Part shown: one piece after another, positions 1 to 11,119 of the stretch
Position numbering within the stretch: position 1 is the first letter of the stretch
Layout of the letters: each line of letters begins with the position of its first letter
Position numbers and translations under genes: made by a program
Assembly (NCBI GenBank): GCA_964016885.1
Contig: OZ024746.1
Location: 70,494,001-70,558,000 of the forward strand
Length of the DNA: 64,000 nt
Reading direction: 5' to 3'
Source of the DNA: Eledone cirrhosa
Lineage: Eukaryota
Notes under the pieces: generated by a model
Told to the model about the DNA's origin: nothing
What the model saw: only the letters and a program-made list of their open reading frames with translations
Databases searched by the model: none

Positions 1-650
1 ACTTCTAGTGCTCTGCACCTTTTTATGCAGCTGTCATCATTCATACACATCACATGTCCATACCAACGCAACCGCCTCTCCTGCACACAGCATTTGATTC
101 CTCTTATGCTCAGTCTCTCTCTCAATTCATTTATGCTTTGCCGTTTGCGTATATTACTATTACACATCCATCGGAGCATGCAGGCTTCGTTTCTTTCTAA
201 TCTACGTAAGTCTTCCACCTTCAGCGCCCAGGTCTCACTACCATATAACATTGCTACTCGGATACACGCATCATACAGTCTGCCTTTCATTTTGAGGGAG
301 AAACCTTTTGCAGATAGCAGTGGCAGTAGTTCCCTAAACTTCTTCCATCCCGTTCTTACCCTAGTTATTGTACTTTCTGAACACCCACCTCTGCTGCTAA
401 TTCGGTCACCTAGGTAGCAGAAGCTGTCTACTGTTTCTACAGAGCCCTCCCAGAGATTGGTGGTACTTGTTTCCTGTGGCTGTTTGCTGCTTGCTGTCCC
501 AGCACAGCTGCTACATGTGAAGCCTACATTCTTAATTAAGCTTCGTGAGATCCCGCTACATCTCTTGTGTACCCATTGTTCGCATTTGAGGCAGAGAATG
601 GAGTTCCTACCAACACCTTTCCTACATACTGAGCAAGGCCATTTCCCTGA
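1..650 (-). mobile_element. RTE-clade LINE fragment (C-terminal part of ORF)
   Basis: Homologous to the RTE pieces at 5820-6960 and 12700-13625; minus strand encodes the YLGDxISxxGGC..[28 protein letters not shown] block. Confidence 0.8.
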
Positions 651-1286
651 TATATATGTATACAGATGTACAGTAGTATGTTTATATACACATACATGCA
701 CACATATATATATGTACATATGGGTTTACCGAACATTTATTATAATGTTCGATTTGTTTGTAAACAAACAGCCCGAATTAAGCCGTACTGTGTTCGGCAA
801 CCATCGTTGCCCTTTTGTTCAACACTGGCAAAGGAACGATGAACTAGTTTCAAGCTTATTTGCTATCGTCAGCATCATATACCTTCCTGTCAGATGATTG
901 AACGTTTGAAAGTATATACTTTCCTTATGCATATTAACGGCTGGGCAGCCTAATTTGCATATCAAGTGAGTTAGTCGGCCGGGCGTACAGAAAACGATAA
1001 ATGGAAAAGAATGAAATGAAATTCCATTTCTCACTCTTAGTACCGCTGATACTTAAATGTATGTATGTATACGTACATATATGTATACAGATGTACAGTA
1101 GTATATATATATATATACATACATGCACACATATATATATGTACGTATGGGTTTACCGAACATTTATTATCATGTTCAGTTTGTTTGTAAACAAACAGCC
1201 CGAATTAAGCCGTACAGTATTCGGCAACCATCATCGCCCTTTTGTTCAACACTGACAATATATATATGTATATGTCTGTATATATG

Positions 1287-1320
<34 letters not shown>

Positions 1321-1650
1321 CAGTGTACAGCTGGCATTCTCCGTCCCAGTTATTTGCAGAATTTTCCTTAGAACCTAACACCAATAATTGCTCAAGGAGA
1401 CCACCGCATATTCGTGGAATCGTAAATATCTTCTGTGATTCATTGATGGCTTTTTTCGTGGCAATATATATTTTTTCATACTTTTTAACGTTAAATTATT
1501 AATAACAATATACCATATTTGCCAGACTATATATTAAATTATGTTTTGACGTTTATAGGCATTTTTGTGGGCTACGCCAATTATTGCGCTTCTGAAACTC
1601 TTCACGGGTGCTCTAGGGACATAAACCTCACTCATACAGTGGAACAACTG

Positions 1651-1708
<58 letters not shown>

Positions 1709-2113
1709 TATGTGTACGCACATATATATGTTTCTATACTTTTATATATATATATGAAAATTATTGTCTAAAGGATGGTGTTGGCCTCTAAAATTTCTGA
1801 CAACACACTCACAACGTTACCCCAAGTGATTGAAGGTGTCTGAACAACACACTAGAACAAGGACTGATTGCGTTTCATAAAAGAAAGAAAATGTTAAGGC
1901 GTAAAACAAAAGCCACAGAAATTTCTTGAATATTAAAAATATTTCTAAGAAGCCAATGATCAAATATGAGCAAGATTTTAATTCCAACAAAAAAAATGTA
2001 TTAAATAAAATTAATGGTAAGCAATATTTATAGTTTGTTGAATGTCTCGGCATTAACTTTTGATGTTGGTGTAGAATAAGTTATGACTCATAAGAAGATA
2101 GGTACATCATGTT

Positions 2114-4192
2114 TCATATTTTAAAGTCTTCGGTCAAGTATGTTTGTTTGAGTGTATTTAATTGACTGTTACAAACAAAAGATTTCCCACTTATTTCACA
2201 GTGGAAAGATTTCTCACCAGTGTGTGTTAGTTTGTGTTTATTTAAGTCACTGTTACGAAGAAAAGACTTCCCACATATTTCACAGTGGCAAGATTTCTCA
2301 CCAGTGTGTGTTAGTTTGTGTTTATTTAAGTGACTGTTACGAACAAAAGATTTACCACATATTTCACAGTGGCAAGATTTCTCACCAGTGTGTGTTAGTT
2401 TGTGTTTATTTAAGTTACTGTTATGAAAAAAAGACTTCCCACATATTTCACAGTGAAAAGATCGCTCATCAGAGTGTGTTACTTTGTGTCTATTTAATTC
2501 ACTGTTACGAACAAAAGATTTACCACATATTTCACAGTGGAAAGGTCTCTCACCAGTGTGTGTTAGTTTGTGTCTATTTAAGCTACTCTTACAAACAAAA
2601 GATTTACGACATATTTCACAGTGGAAAGGTGTCTCACCAGTGTGTGTTAGTTTGTGACTAGTTAATTCACTTTTACAAACAAAAGATTTTCCACATGTTT
2701 CACAATAATATGGCTTCTCTCTAGTGTGTCTTCTCATGTGTACTATTAAATAACCATTATTCCCAAAGGATTTCCCACATATTTCACAATGGTGGGGTTT
2801 TTCTCCAGTGTGTGTTTGTTTGTGTGCTGCTAGACTGTTTTGAACAAAAGACTTCCCACATATTTCACAGTGGAAAGGTCTCTCTCCGGTGTGTGTTCTT
2901 GTGTGAATTGTTAACTCACTGTTAGAGGCAAAAGATTTTCCACATATTTCACAGTGGAAAGATTTCTCACCAGTGTGTGTTAGTTTGTGTCTATTTAAGC
3001 TACTGTTTTGAAGAAAAGACGTGCCGCATATTTCACAGTGGAAAGATTTCTCAGCAGTGTGTGTTAGTTTGTGTCTATTTAAGCCACTGTAATGAAAAAA
3101 AGACTTGCCACATATTTCACAGTGGAAAGATCTCTCACCAGTGTGTGTTAGTTTGTGTCTATTTAAGTCACAGTTACGAACAAAAGACTTCCCACATATT
3201 TCACAATGAAAAGGTCTCACACCAGTGTGTGTTAGTTTGTGTATATATAAGCTACTGTTTTGAAAAGACTTGCCACATGTTTCACAGTGGAAAGATCTCT
3301 CACCAGTGTGTGTTAGTTTGTGTCTATTTAACTCACAGTTACGAACAAAAGACTTCCCACATATTTCACAATGATATGGCTTTTCTCCAGTATGTCTTCT
3401 CATGTGTGCTATTAAATAACCATTAGTCAAAAAGGATTTCCCACATATTTTACAATGGTAGGGTTTTTCTCCAGTATGTGTTTGTTTGTGAACTACTAAA
3501 TAACTGTTACAAAGAAAAGACTTCCCACATATTTCACAGTGGAAAGATTTTTCACCAGTGTGTGTTAGTTTGTGTATATTTAAGTGACTGTTAAGAAGAA
3601 AAGACTTCCCACATATTTCACAGTGGAAAGATCTCTCCCCAGTGTGTGTTAGTTTGTGGCTATTTAAGTGACTGTTACAAACAAAAGATTTACCACATAT
3701 TTCACAATGAAAAGGTTTCTCTCCAGTGTGTGTTCTTGTGTGAATTGTTAACTTACTGTTAGAGGCAAAAGATTTTCCACATATTTCACAATGAAAAGGT
3801 CTCTCGCCAGTGTGGGTTCTTTTGTGGACTGTTAAATGGCTGTTAGTCACAAAAGAATTACCACATGTTTCACAATGAAATGTTCTCTCTTCAGTGTGTC
3901 TACGAATGTGTTCAACAAGGTCAGATGTGTAAGGGGAAGATTTCCCACGTATTTCACAGGACAACTGTTTTTCTATTGTGTGTGTGTCTTTGTGTGTGGA
4001 TACTTCATCTTTTGTAGAGAAAGTTTTCCTACAAATCTCACAGCTGTATTCTGGAATATTCCTGTGTAAAGTTCCTTCTTCTGTACATATTTCACGCGAT
4101 AAAGGTTTCTCATCACTGTATGTCTGTGTAACTGTATCTATATTGGTGGAAACTGGTGTGTTACAAATGTTCAATTGTTTAACGTCCTCCAT
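2114..4192 (-). CDS. Poly-C2H2 zinc-finger protein, copy 1 (692 aa; ~21 complete fingers, 2 degenerate)
   Basis: Tandem CxxC-x12-HxxxH repeats with TGEKPF/TGERSF linkers in an uninterrupted ORF; no KRAB/SCAN/SET domain recognisable in the ORF. Confidence 0.92.
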   Translation of the reverse strand: MEDVKQLNICNTPVSTNIDTVTQTYSDEKPLSREICTEEGTLHRNIPEYSCEICRKTFSTKDEVSTHKDTHTIEKQLSCEIRGKSSPYTSDLVEHIRRHTEERTFHCETCGNSFVTNSHLTVHKRTHTGERPFHCEICGKSFASNSKLTIHTRTHTGEKPFHCEICGKSFVCNSHLNSHKLTHTGERSFHCEICGKSFLLNSHLNIHKLTHTGEKSFHCEICGKSFLCNSYLVVHKQTHTGEKPYHCKICGKSFLTNGYLIAHMRRHTGEKPYHCEICGKSFVRNCELNRHKLTHTGERSFHCETCGKSFQNSSLYIHKLTHTGVRPFHCEICGKSFVRNCDLNRHKLTHTGERSFHCEICGKSFFHYSGLNRHKLTHTAEKSFHCEICGTSFLQNSSLNRHKLTHTGEKSFHCEICGKSFASNSELTIHTRTHTGERPFHCEICGKSFVQNSLAAHKQTHTGEKPHHCEICGKSFGNNGYLIVHMRRHTREKPYYCETCGKSFVCKSELTSHKLTHTGETPFHCEICRKSFVCKSSLNRHKLTHTGERPFHCEICGKSFVRNSELNRHKVTHSDERSFHCEICGKSFFHNSNLNKHKLTHTGEKSCHCEICGKSFVRNSHLNKHKLTHTGEKSCHCEICGKSFLRNSDLNKHKLTHTGEKSFHCEISGKSFVCNSQLNTLKQTYLTEDFKI

Positions 4193-5271
4193 AGTATTTT
4201 TTTAAGAATTCTTGAAAGTTGAGAAATATCTGTGATTATGTTTTATTATTCTTCAATTTCTCGTAGCAAAGTGATTCCTCTCGAAGTGCTACATATATAT
4301 TATTGTAAACAAAAAGACTTCAAATTCAATGTTAGGAAATTTGGTTATGGTTAATGCATGCTATGTAGTCTAAAATATATATTGTCTATAAATGACTGGT
4401 AGCCGATGTTCTGGTAAAATAGACGTTCTTCCACTAGATTGTAATGGAACTCTCGGTTGACACAACTGTAAAGTAAGAATAGATATGACAGTGTAAGACA
4501 GATGTTGGGGAAAGAAAATGTGTTGTATGTATATATATTTGTGGTGAGATGGCGATCGGTATGATCATGTTTATTTCTCTCTGTTGACCTAATAAAATAA
4601 GTTTGTTTATCACGGAGTGTAGAAAAGTACACAATATCTGCTGTGTTGACAAGAAAGCTAATTGTTGGTGATTTAAACCTATTTCTTTCAGTCCTTTAAA
4701 TAGTAGAATAACCAATTGATGAGGTAGTGTAGTTTCTGATGAAATGAAATATGTAATCATGTAGATGCTGGAACACCGATCCTGAAACATGTAGATCACC
4801 ATATATTTACCACAAAATAGTAACATCCAACTTAACATTGGATAATTACTGGACAAATTATAATAATATCAATTAAAGTTATAATTAATATGAAAGGTAG
4901 CCGGTGACGTTGTTGATGCTTCACTATCCTGAAAGACATCGGTGTTATACGTTAAAACTCCCTGACATAATGTAATACCTTCAATTATGTTAGTATCCAA
5001 CTCGTGGTAAAGGAAGCAACAGCCATTAAAATGATTGCGATGCAGCAACGAGGTACTCTCTTACCTTGTTGCTTATCCTGCTATGAATAGCAGCCAAATC
5101 GCCCTCTTCACGTCTTGATCAACAGCAAGACATACATATACACACACACATATATGTATAGAAATTTCGTATTTGGAAAGAAATACGATTTTAGAAGGCC
5201 GTAGCTATGCGAACAACAGGGTGGGGGGACCTAAAACCCTCTGGTGTTGTCCAGCAGAAGCAAGGGGGGAC

Positions 5272-5317
5272 AACCGTCTATGCATTTCAGGCTTGACTGG
5301 CCATCGTCAGGACGATC
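5272..5317 (-). ncRNA. Minimal type I hammerhead ribozyme (unit 1, copy a)
   Basis: Minus strand gATCGTC-CTGACGA-tGGCcagtcaaGCCt-GAAA-tgca-TA-GACGGTt: 6-bp stem I, intact core, stem II GGC/GCC, palindromic ATGCAT stem III, AUA cleavage triplet. Confidence 0.8.
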
Positions 5318-5423
5318 CCTCCCACTGCACTATTATAAGTTGAGCCAAATTATGCAGCTTCATATGCAAATGAGATTAATCACCTCATGTTTTCAAATGC
5401 AGCAGTCGCAGAGCAGTGGGAGG

Positions 5424-5471
5424 GATCGTCCTGACGATGGCCAGTCAAGCCTGAAATGCATAGAGACGGTT
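5424..5471 (+). ncRNA. Minimal type I hammerhead ribozyme (unit 1, copy b; 2-nt insertion in stem I)
   Basis: gatcgtc-CTGACGA-tggccagtcaagcct-GAAA-tgca-TA-gagacggtt; predicted cleavage after 5462. Confidence 0.7.
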
Positions 5472-5750
5472 GTCCCCCTTGCTTCTGCTGGACAACACCA
5501 GAGGGCGGTCGCTCCCCGGTGTCCGCATAGCTTCGGCTTCCTAAAATCGTATTTTTTTCGAAATACGAAATTTTTATATATATTGTATAAAGCAATGCTT
5601 GAAGTGGAATCCTATTTCTTTTCTATTATAAGTTGAGTCAACTTATGCAGCGTCATATGCAAATGAGATTAAACACCTCATTTACACGGACGAGAAAACT
5701 ATATGTTCTCGGCTGTTTTCAAGTCCAGCAGTCGCAGAGCAGTGGGAGGG

Positions 5751-5795
5751 ATAGTCCTGACGATGGCCAGTCATGCCTGAAATGCATAGACAGTT
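5751..5795 (+). ncRNA. Minimal type I hammerhead ribozyme (unit 1, copy c)
   Basis: atagtc-CTGACGA-tggccagtcatgcct-GAAA-tgca-TA-gacagtt; predicted cleavage after 5788. Confidence 0.7.
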
Positions 5796-5819
5796 ATCCC
5801 CCTTGCTTCTGATGGACAA

Positions 5820-6960
5820 AACCATACCAACGTAGTCTTCTCTCAAGTAAACAGTATCTGATCCCTCTTATTCCTAATTTCTCACTTAGTTCATTTATGT
5901 TTTGCCGTTTCCGTATATTAGTATTACACATCCATCGGAGTCTGCATGCTTCGTTCCTCTCCAGTCTGCGCAGCTCCTCTGCACACAATGCCCATGTCTC
6001 ACTGACATGTAACATTGCTGTTCGTATACAAGCATCATACAATCTGCCTTTCATTTTTAGAGAGAAACCTTTAGTGGCCAATAGTGGTATAAGCTCTCTG
6101 AACTTTTTCCATCCCGTTCTAACTCTGGCTACTGTACTATTAGAGCACCCTCCACCACTGCTTATTTTGTCACCCAGGTAACGGAAAGTGTCCACTATTT
6201 CTATAGAACCATCTGGGCAATAGAAAGAGCTAATATCCTGTGGGCACTTGCGACTTATTGCACCTGAGCAGCGGTCACATAAAATTTACGTTCTTGGATA
6301 GCTTACCTGTGATCCCACTACATCTTTTATGTACCCATAGTTTGAATTTGGGACATAAAATGGAATTTCTGCATACTCCTTTCCTACACACTGAACATGG
6401 CCATTTCCCAGAGGGCACCTTTTCCCCCGTTTTCCTTTCTACATACTAGAACTTTAGTCTTAGACAAGTTAACTTTAAGGCCTTTTAATTCTAGGCCATG
6501 CTTCCATGTTTGGAATTTCTTCTCTAGTTCAGCCATCGATTCAGCTATGATAGTTATATCATCTGTATATAGAAGTTCCCATGGGCAGCCAGACTTGAAC
6601 TCATCTGTTATAGCCTGGAGGGCAATAATAAATACCTGACACAAACCCAAACTGCATTTCATCTCGATCAATTCGCTCTCTGATTAGTTGTGCTTTAACT
6701 CTTTCTGTAACCTTCATGACCTGGTCAACTAACTTAATGCCTCTATAGTTTCCCCTATCTAGGGCATCTCCTTTACCTTTGTAGCAGTTAATGATGCTGC
6801 TGCTACACCAGTCATTTGGTATGACCCCATTCTGTATTACTAGGTTTACTATCCGGGTGACTATAGTATGTCCCACCATTCCAGATGCTTTCAACATCTC
6901 AGTAACTATCTCCGAAGGTCCAGCTGCCTTGCCTGTCTTCATATCTTTGATTGCCTTACA
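5820..6960 (-). mobile_element. RTE-clade LINE fragment, internally deleted RT region (unit 1)
   Basis: Broken ORFs encode KTGKAAGPSEIVTEMLKA..NYRGIKL..EMQFGF, PWELLYTDD (RT YxDD), and [22 protein letters not shown]. Confidence 0.88.
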
Positions 6961-7214
6961 TATTATATATATATATACTAGTTGGCCCCGTCCGGCTGCC
7001 CCCACCGCTCCACTGCAAAGATACCACACACCCTCCCGTGTCACATTGTCCTTCCGACTCTCTCTCGCTCTGAATAACTAACACTTCAATTCTATCTCTC
7101 TCTCTGTCTAACGACCTATCTCGCTCTTTTCCCCTCCCTCTGTTTTTCTGTCTCTCTCTGTAGATGTATGTGTGTAGTTTTCCTAATCTTTCTATAAATC
7201 TCTCTCTTTCTCTA

Positions 7215-7254
<40 letters not shown>

Positions 7255-7504
7255 AGTGTATATATTGAAGGGAGATACGGAAACTAAAACAGTGTTGTCA
7301 TATAGAGAGTGAAGAGCAACAGAGAGAGTAAAGCAGTTAAATTATAGAGAGGGGGAATGATCTTACATACATACATACATACATACATACAAAGTATAGA
7401 TATGTGTGTGTGTGTTTGTGTATGTGTGTATGTGCATGTGTGTGTCTGTGTGTTTTGTTTTGATGTTATCCGGCAATTGGCGAAATCAGGTGTGAAAATA
7501 TGTG

Positions 7505-7618
<114 letters not shown>

Positions 7619-8019
7619 TACTTATGCGAGCAACGACAGAAAAATTGTGTGGGATACATACATTATTATATTTGTCTCTATTTTCGTTCTGCAACCATTA
7701 TATTATGATATTTGTATCCAAATGATTTTAGATGTATGTATTACCTACTTGCTCGTCCCTCTGTCTCTCTTTCCCTGTCTCTCTCACTCTCTCGCTTTAG
7801 TTGTGTGTGTGTGTGTGTGTGTAGTTGTCCTAATCTGTCTCTTTCACTCTCTGTCTCTCTAAGAGTAAGAGGGTTGCCTTTTGGTGTATGTATTACCTGC
7901 TTGTTTGTTGACCGAATTTGAAGGAGGTTATCCTTTTGAAATAAACATACATACGACACTCATCTCTATGTTGATATATGATATAAATAATAGGATTGAT
8001 GAGTTAATATCTGTATACA

Positions 8020-8310
8020 ACAACTGCAACGGTACGCGATGGGGCCCACCCACAGCCCTGGCGGACAGAATGGAGAAGGCGTTTCCACGGGGGACGGCAA
8101 GGGAAACGCGCTGGAAAAGCAACTCCAACTCGCGGGGCGCACACTTGCGGCTGGCCAGCTCAATGCCTATGGTGGTGAGTAAGAAGGTAGCCGTAGGGCC
8201 AAGAACACCAGAAGTCTCCACTGCCAGGGGTACGACCGCAAACCTGTCGGCGCGCAACCGGTATTTGAGGAGTTTGGCCCCCTCGGCCCGACGTGCAGTA
8301 GAACCTGGGT
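8020..8310 (-). mobile_element. C-terminal fragment of a CRE-like (restriction-like endonuclease) non-LTR retrotransposon; paralogues ~23975-24260, 37975-38260, 49615-49900
   Basis: VPLAVETSGVLGP..FLLTTIG..PRELELLFQRVSLAVPRGNAFSIL resembles the P.A.ET.G..G / QR.S.A.QRGNA C-terminus of CRE-clade ORFs; locally GC-rich. Confidence 0.65.
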
Positions 8311-8399
8311 ATATATTTATATATTGAAGGTAGATACAGAAAGTAAAAGAGTGTAGTCATATAGAGAGTGAATAGAGACAGAGAGTAAAGCAGTTAAAT

Positions 8400-8415
8400 G
8401 AGAGAGAGAGAGAGA

Positions 8416-8472
<57 letters not shown>
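8400..8472. repeat. (AG)n microsatellite
   Basis: Directly visible. Confidence 0.95.
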
Positions 8473-8474
<2 letters not shown>

Positions 8475-8947
8475 GACGCTCAGCTTTATAATATTAGAGA
8501 GTGAAGAGCGACAGAGAGAGTAAAGCAGTTAAATTATAGAGAGGGGAAATTATCTATTATAGAAAGAGGGAAGAGCGATGGAGAAAGTAAAGCTAAGAAA
8601 CTATAAGGAGGTGTGTAGGATACATACATGTTGACCGAATTTACATACGACGCTCATCTCTACGGAAAGTAAAAGAGTGTTGTCATATAGAGAGTGAAGA
8701 GAGACAGAGAGTAAAGCAGTTAAATCATAGAGAGGGTGAAAGAAGGAGAGAGATAGACGACGCTCAGCTTTATAGTATTTGAGAGTGAATAGCGACAGAG
8801 ATAGTAAAGCAGTTAACTTATAGAAGGGGGAATAATCTATTATAGAGAGAGGGAAGAGCGACGGAGAGAGTAAAGCTAAGAAACTATAGGGAGGTGTGTA
8901 GGATACATACATACATACATACATAATACATACGACACTCAGCTTTA

Positions 8948-9013
<66 letters not shown>

Positions 9014-9161
9014 CCCATGCTAGTGTGGAAGATGGACGTTAAAAGATGAAGATGATGATGATGATTACAAACAGTAATAATAATAAATTTAAAGACTAAA
9101 ATCCAAAGAGGGCTCGATAAGGATAAATATATATATCAAAAATATAAGAACCCTAGAGCAA

Positions 9162-9454
9162 ATATTTATTAAAATAACAGATTAAAGTTTAAGCCAAGAA
9201 TCGCTGCTTTCACCCTTAACGGGATCTTCTGAAACTAAAAAAATCAATCTGTGAACGCAGAAGTAAATATTTCGAAAAACATTGCAACCGAAGGAAAACA
9301 CGAAGACGTTTCCTGGCAATAAACGGAAAAAAAGCGTTTTTCGAAATATTTACTTCTGCATTCACAGATTGATATTTTTAGTTTCAGAAGATCCCGTTAA
9401 GGGTGAAAGCTGTGATTCTTTGCTTAAACTTTAATCTGTTATTTTAATAAATAT
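9162..9454. repeat. Long inverted repeat (~118-bp arms, ~55-bp spacer); paralogues 24759-25050, 38744-39035, 50365-50654
   Basis: ATATTTATTAAAATAACAGATTAAAGTTTAAGC...CGAAAAAC is mirrored by GTTTTTCG...GCTTAAACTTTAATCTGTTATTTTAATAAATAT with few mismatches. Confidence 0.92.
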
Positions 9455-9890
9455 ATTACATATATATATTATATATAGAAATTTATATATATAAGTTTAT
9501 CCCGGGTTCAATCGGGGGTAACCACAGTAAGTAAGGTACTCAATACAAAGCAGAGTATATATATTTAATATAAAAAAGGCTTCTGCAAGTAATATGGTGG
9601 TATTTATATATTTTCTTGTGGTAGGAGAGGATGGGTGGAGGTCAATGGTTGATGGGATTAAAGAAAATGGCATTCTTTAAAAACTATATTTAGAGTAAAA
9701 AAGGCAGAACGAATTCAAACTGGGGGTGCCACTCCTGATTTTTAAGGTTCACTTAAGCTAACAATGGCTATGGTCAGTTGTCTACAAACACACATATAAG
9801 CCCTCACTTCCTCACACTCACACAAACACACTCTCTTATACTTATATATAAATATATATACATACGTATATATATATACATATATATATA

Positions 9891-11100
9891 TGGTATATTT
9901 CTTTAGGTTGTTTTGGAAGCCTCAACGATGCAGATGGGTAAATCTCCGGGTAACAAGATCCGGTGGTGGAGAGAGAGATGTAAGTGAATATAGGTTGAGA
10001 TGTGTAGTGTGTAGAAGAATGTAGGAAAGAGCGTAAAGGATAAAAATAATTGTTTCTTATTTTGGCACATGGCAAGCAATTATCCCAGTGTATTACTGGT
10101 ACTTTATTTTATCGACCCCATAAGGATGAAAGGCAAAGTTAACCTCGGCGGGATTTGAACTCAGATTGGATAGGGCCGTAACTCTATAATAATAACAAGA
10201 GATAGAGTTACCTTGTGAGAGATTTAATTGTCCCTATATATTTCGGATTCACATCCATCAACTGAAAGGGGTTTTCCGGGGGAGGAAAGGTTCTCTGTTG
10301 GAAAGGTACGAAACATGTCCTCCGCTGTTCGTTGTTTTGAATATCTGAAATGGGGTCAGTCAAGCAGAGGTCGGCGGCCGAAATAAATAACCGATCCGAG
10401 AGAAGTGAAATGAGGTGGTTGGTTTAAGTAAACAAACGATGCAGCAACACACACACACACAAGCGAGACAGCAACACACACACACACACAGTAGCATTCC
10501 CCCATACGAACATACTACACTGCTAATACAGACGAACGAGGCAACAACACAGGCGCACGTACACTCAAGTGAGACAACAACAACACAGTAACGTTCACCA
10601 AACAGGCAGAGAATACTATCACAACCACACACTATTCAACAGGGCAGATAATACAATGGACTGACAGCTAACATCACCCCACTCCCACAATTGAAAGAAC
10701 TATTTCGGCCGCCGACCTCTGCTTGACCGACCCCATTTCACGCGCACGCGCGCTCTGCTGAATACCTCAGGTATTCAAAACAACAAACAGTGGAGGACAC
10801 GTTTCTCACCTTTCCACCCCCTGGAACCCCCCCCCCCAGTTGATGGATGTGAATATACAGGGACAATTAAATCTCTCCCAAGGTAACTCTATCTCGTGTT
10901 ATTATTTTTATCCTTTACGCTCTTTCCTACATTCTTCTACACACTACACATCTCAACCTACATTCACTTACATCTCTCTCTCCACCACCGGTTCTTGTTA
11001 CCCAGAGATTTACCCATCTGCATTGTTGAGGCTTCCAAAACGACCTAAAGAAATATACCTTATTATTCCACAATGCTTCAAGCAAACTTCAATACTCTCT
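9891..11100. repeat. Inverted repeat with ~350-400-bp arms; left arm interrupted by a SINE fragment (~10051-10190)
   Basis: 9891-10050 plus 10190-10385 is the reverse complement of 10701-11065. Confidence 0.8.
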
Positions 11101-11119
11101 TATATATATATATATATGT

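Larger units (their letters stand above)
5153..5822. mobile_element. Hammerhead-containing repeat module (retrozyme / Penelope pLTR-like): one inverted plus two tandem copies of a ~326-nt monomer, unit 1
   Basis: 5153-5328 is the reverse complement of ~5413-5580; 5331-5500 is directly repeated at 5625-5822; each copy contains a CTGACGA...GAAA..TA core. Confidence 0.8.

Noticed and set aside
2152-3426. Plus-strand Cys/His-rich ORFs overlapping the ZNF genes (also in copies 2-5)
   Set aside because: Antisense shadows of the 84-bp finger repeat.
2114-4192. PRDM9 or KRAB-ZNF orthology / gene symbol
   Set aside because: No SET, KRAB, SCAN or ZAD domain visible; lineage-specific array, so no symbol assigned.
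4351-4856. Short minus-strand ORFs upstream of ZNF copy 1 as extra coding exons
   Set aside because: No recognisable domain, not preserved as ORFs in other units, partly deleted in units 2-4.
10225-10325. Hammerhead-like fragments (TTGATGGATGTGAATCCGAAATATATAGGG on minus; GAAACATGTC on plus)
   Set aside because: No intact CTGANGA core or adjacent stem I; too degenerate to call.
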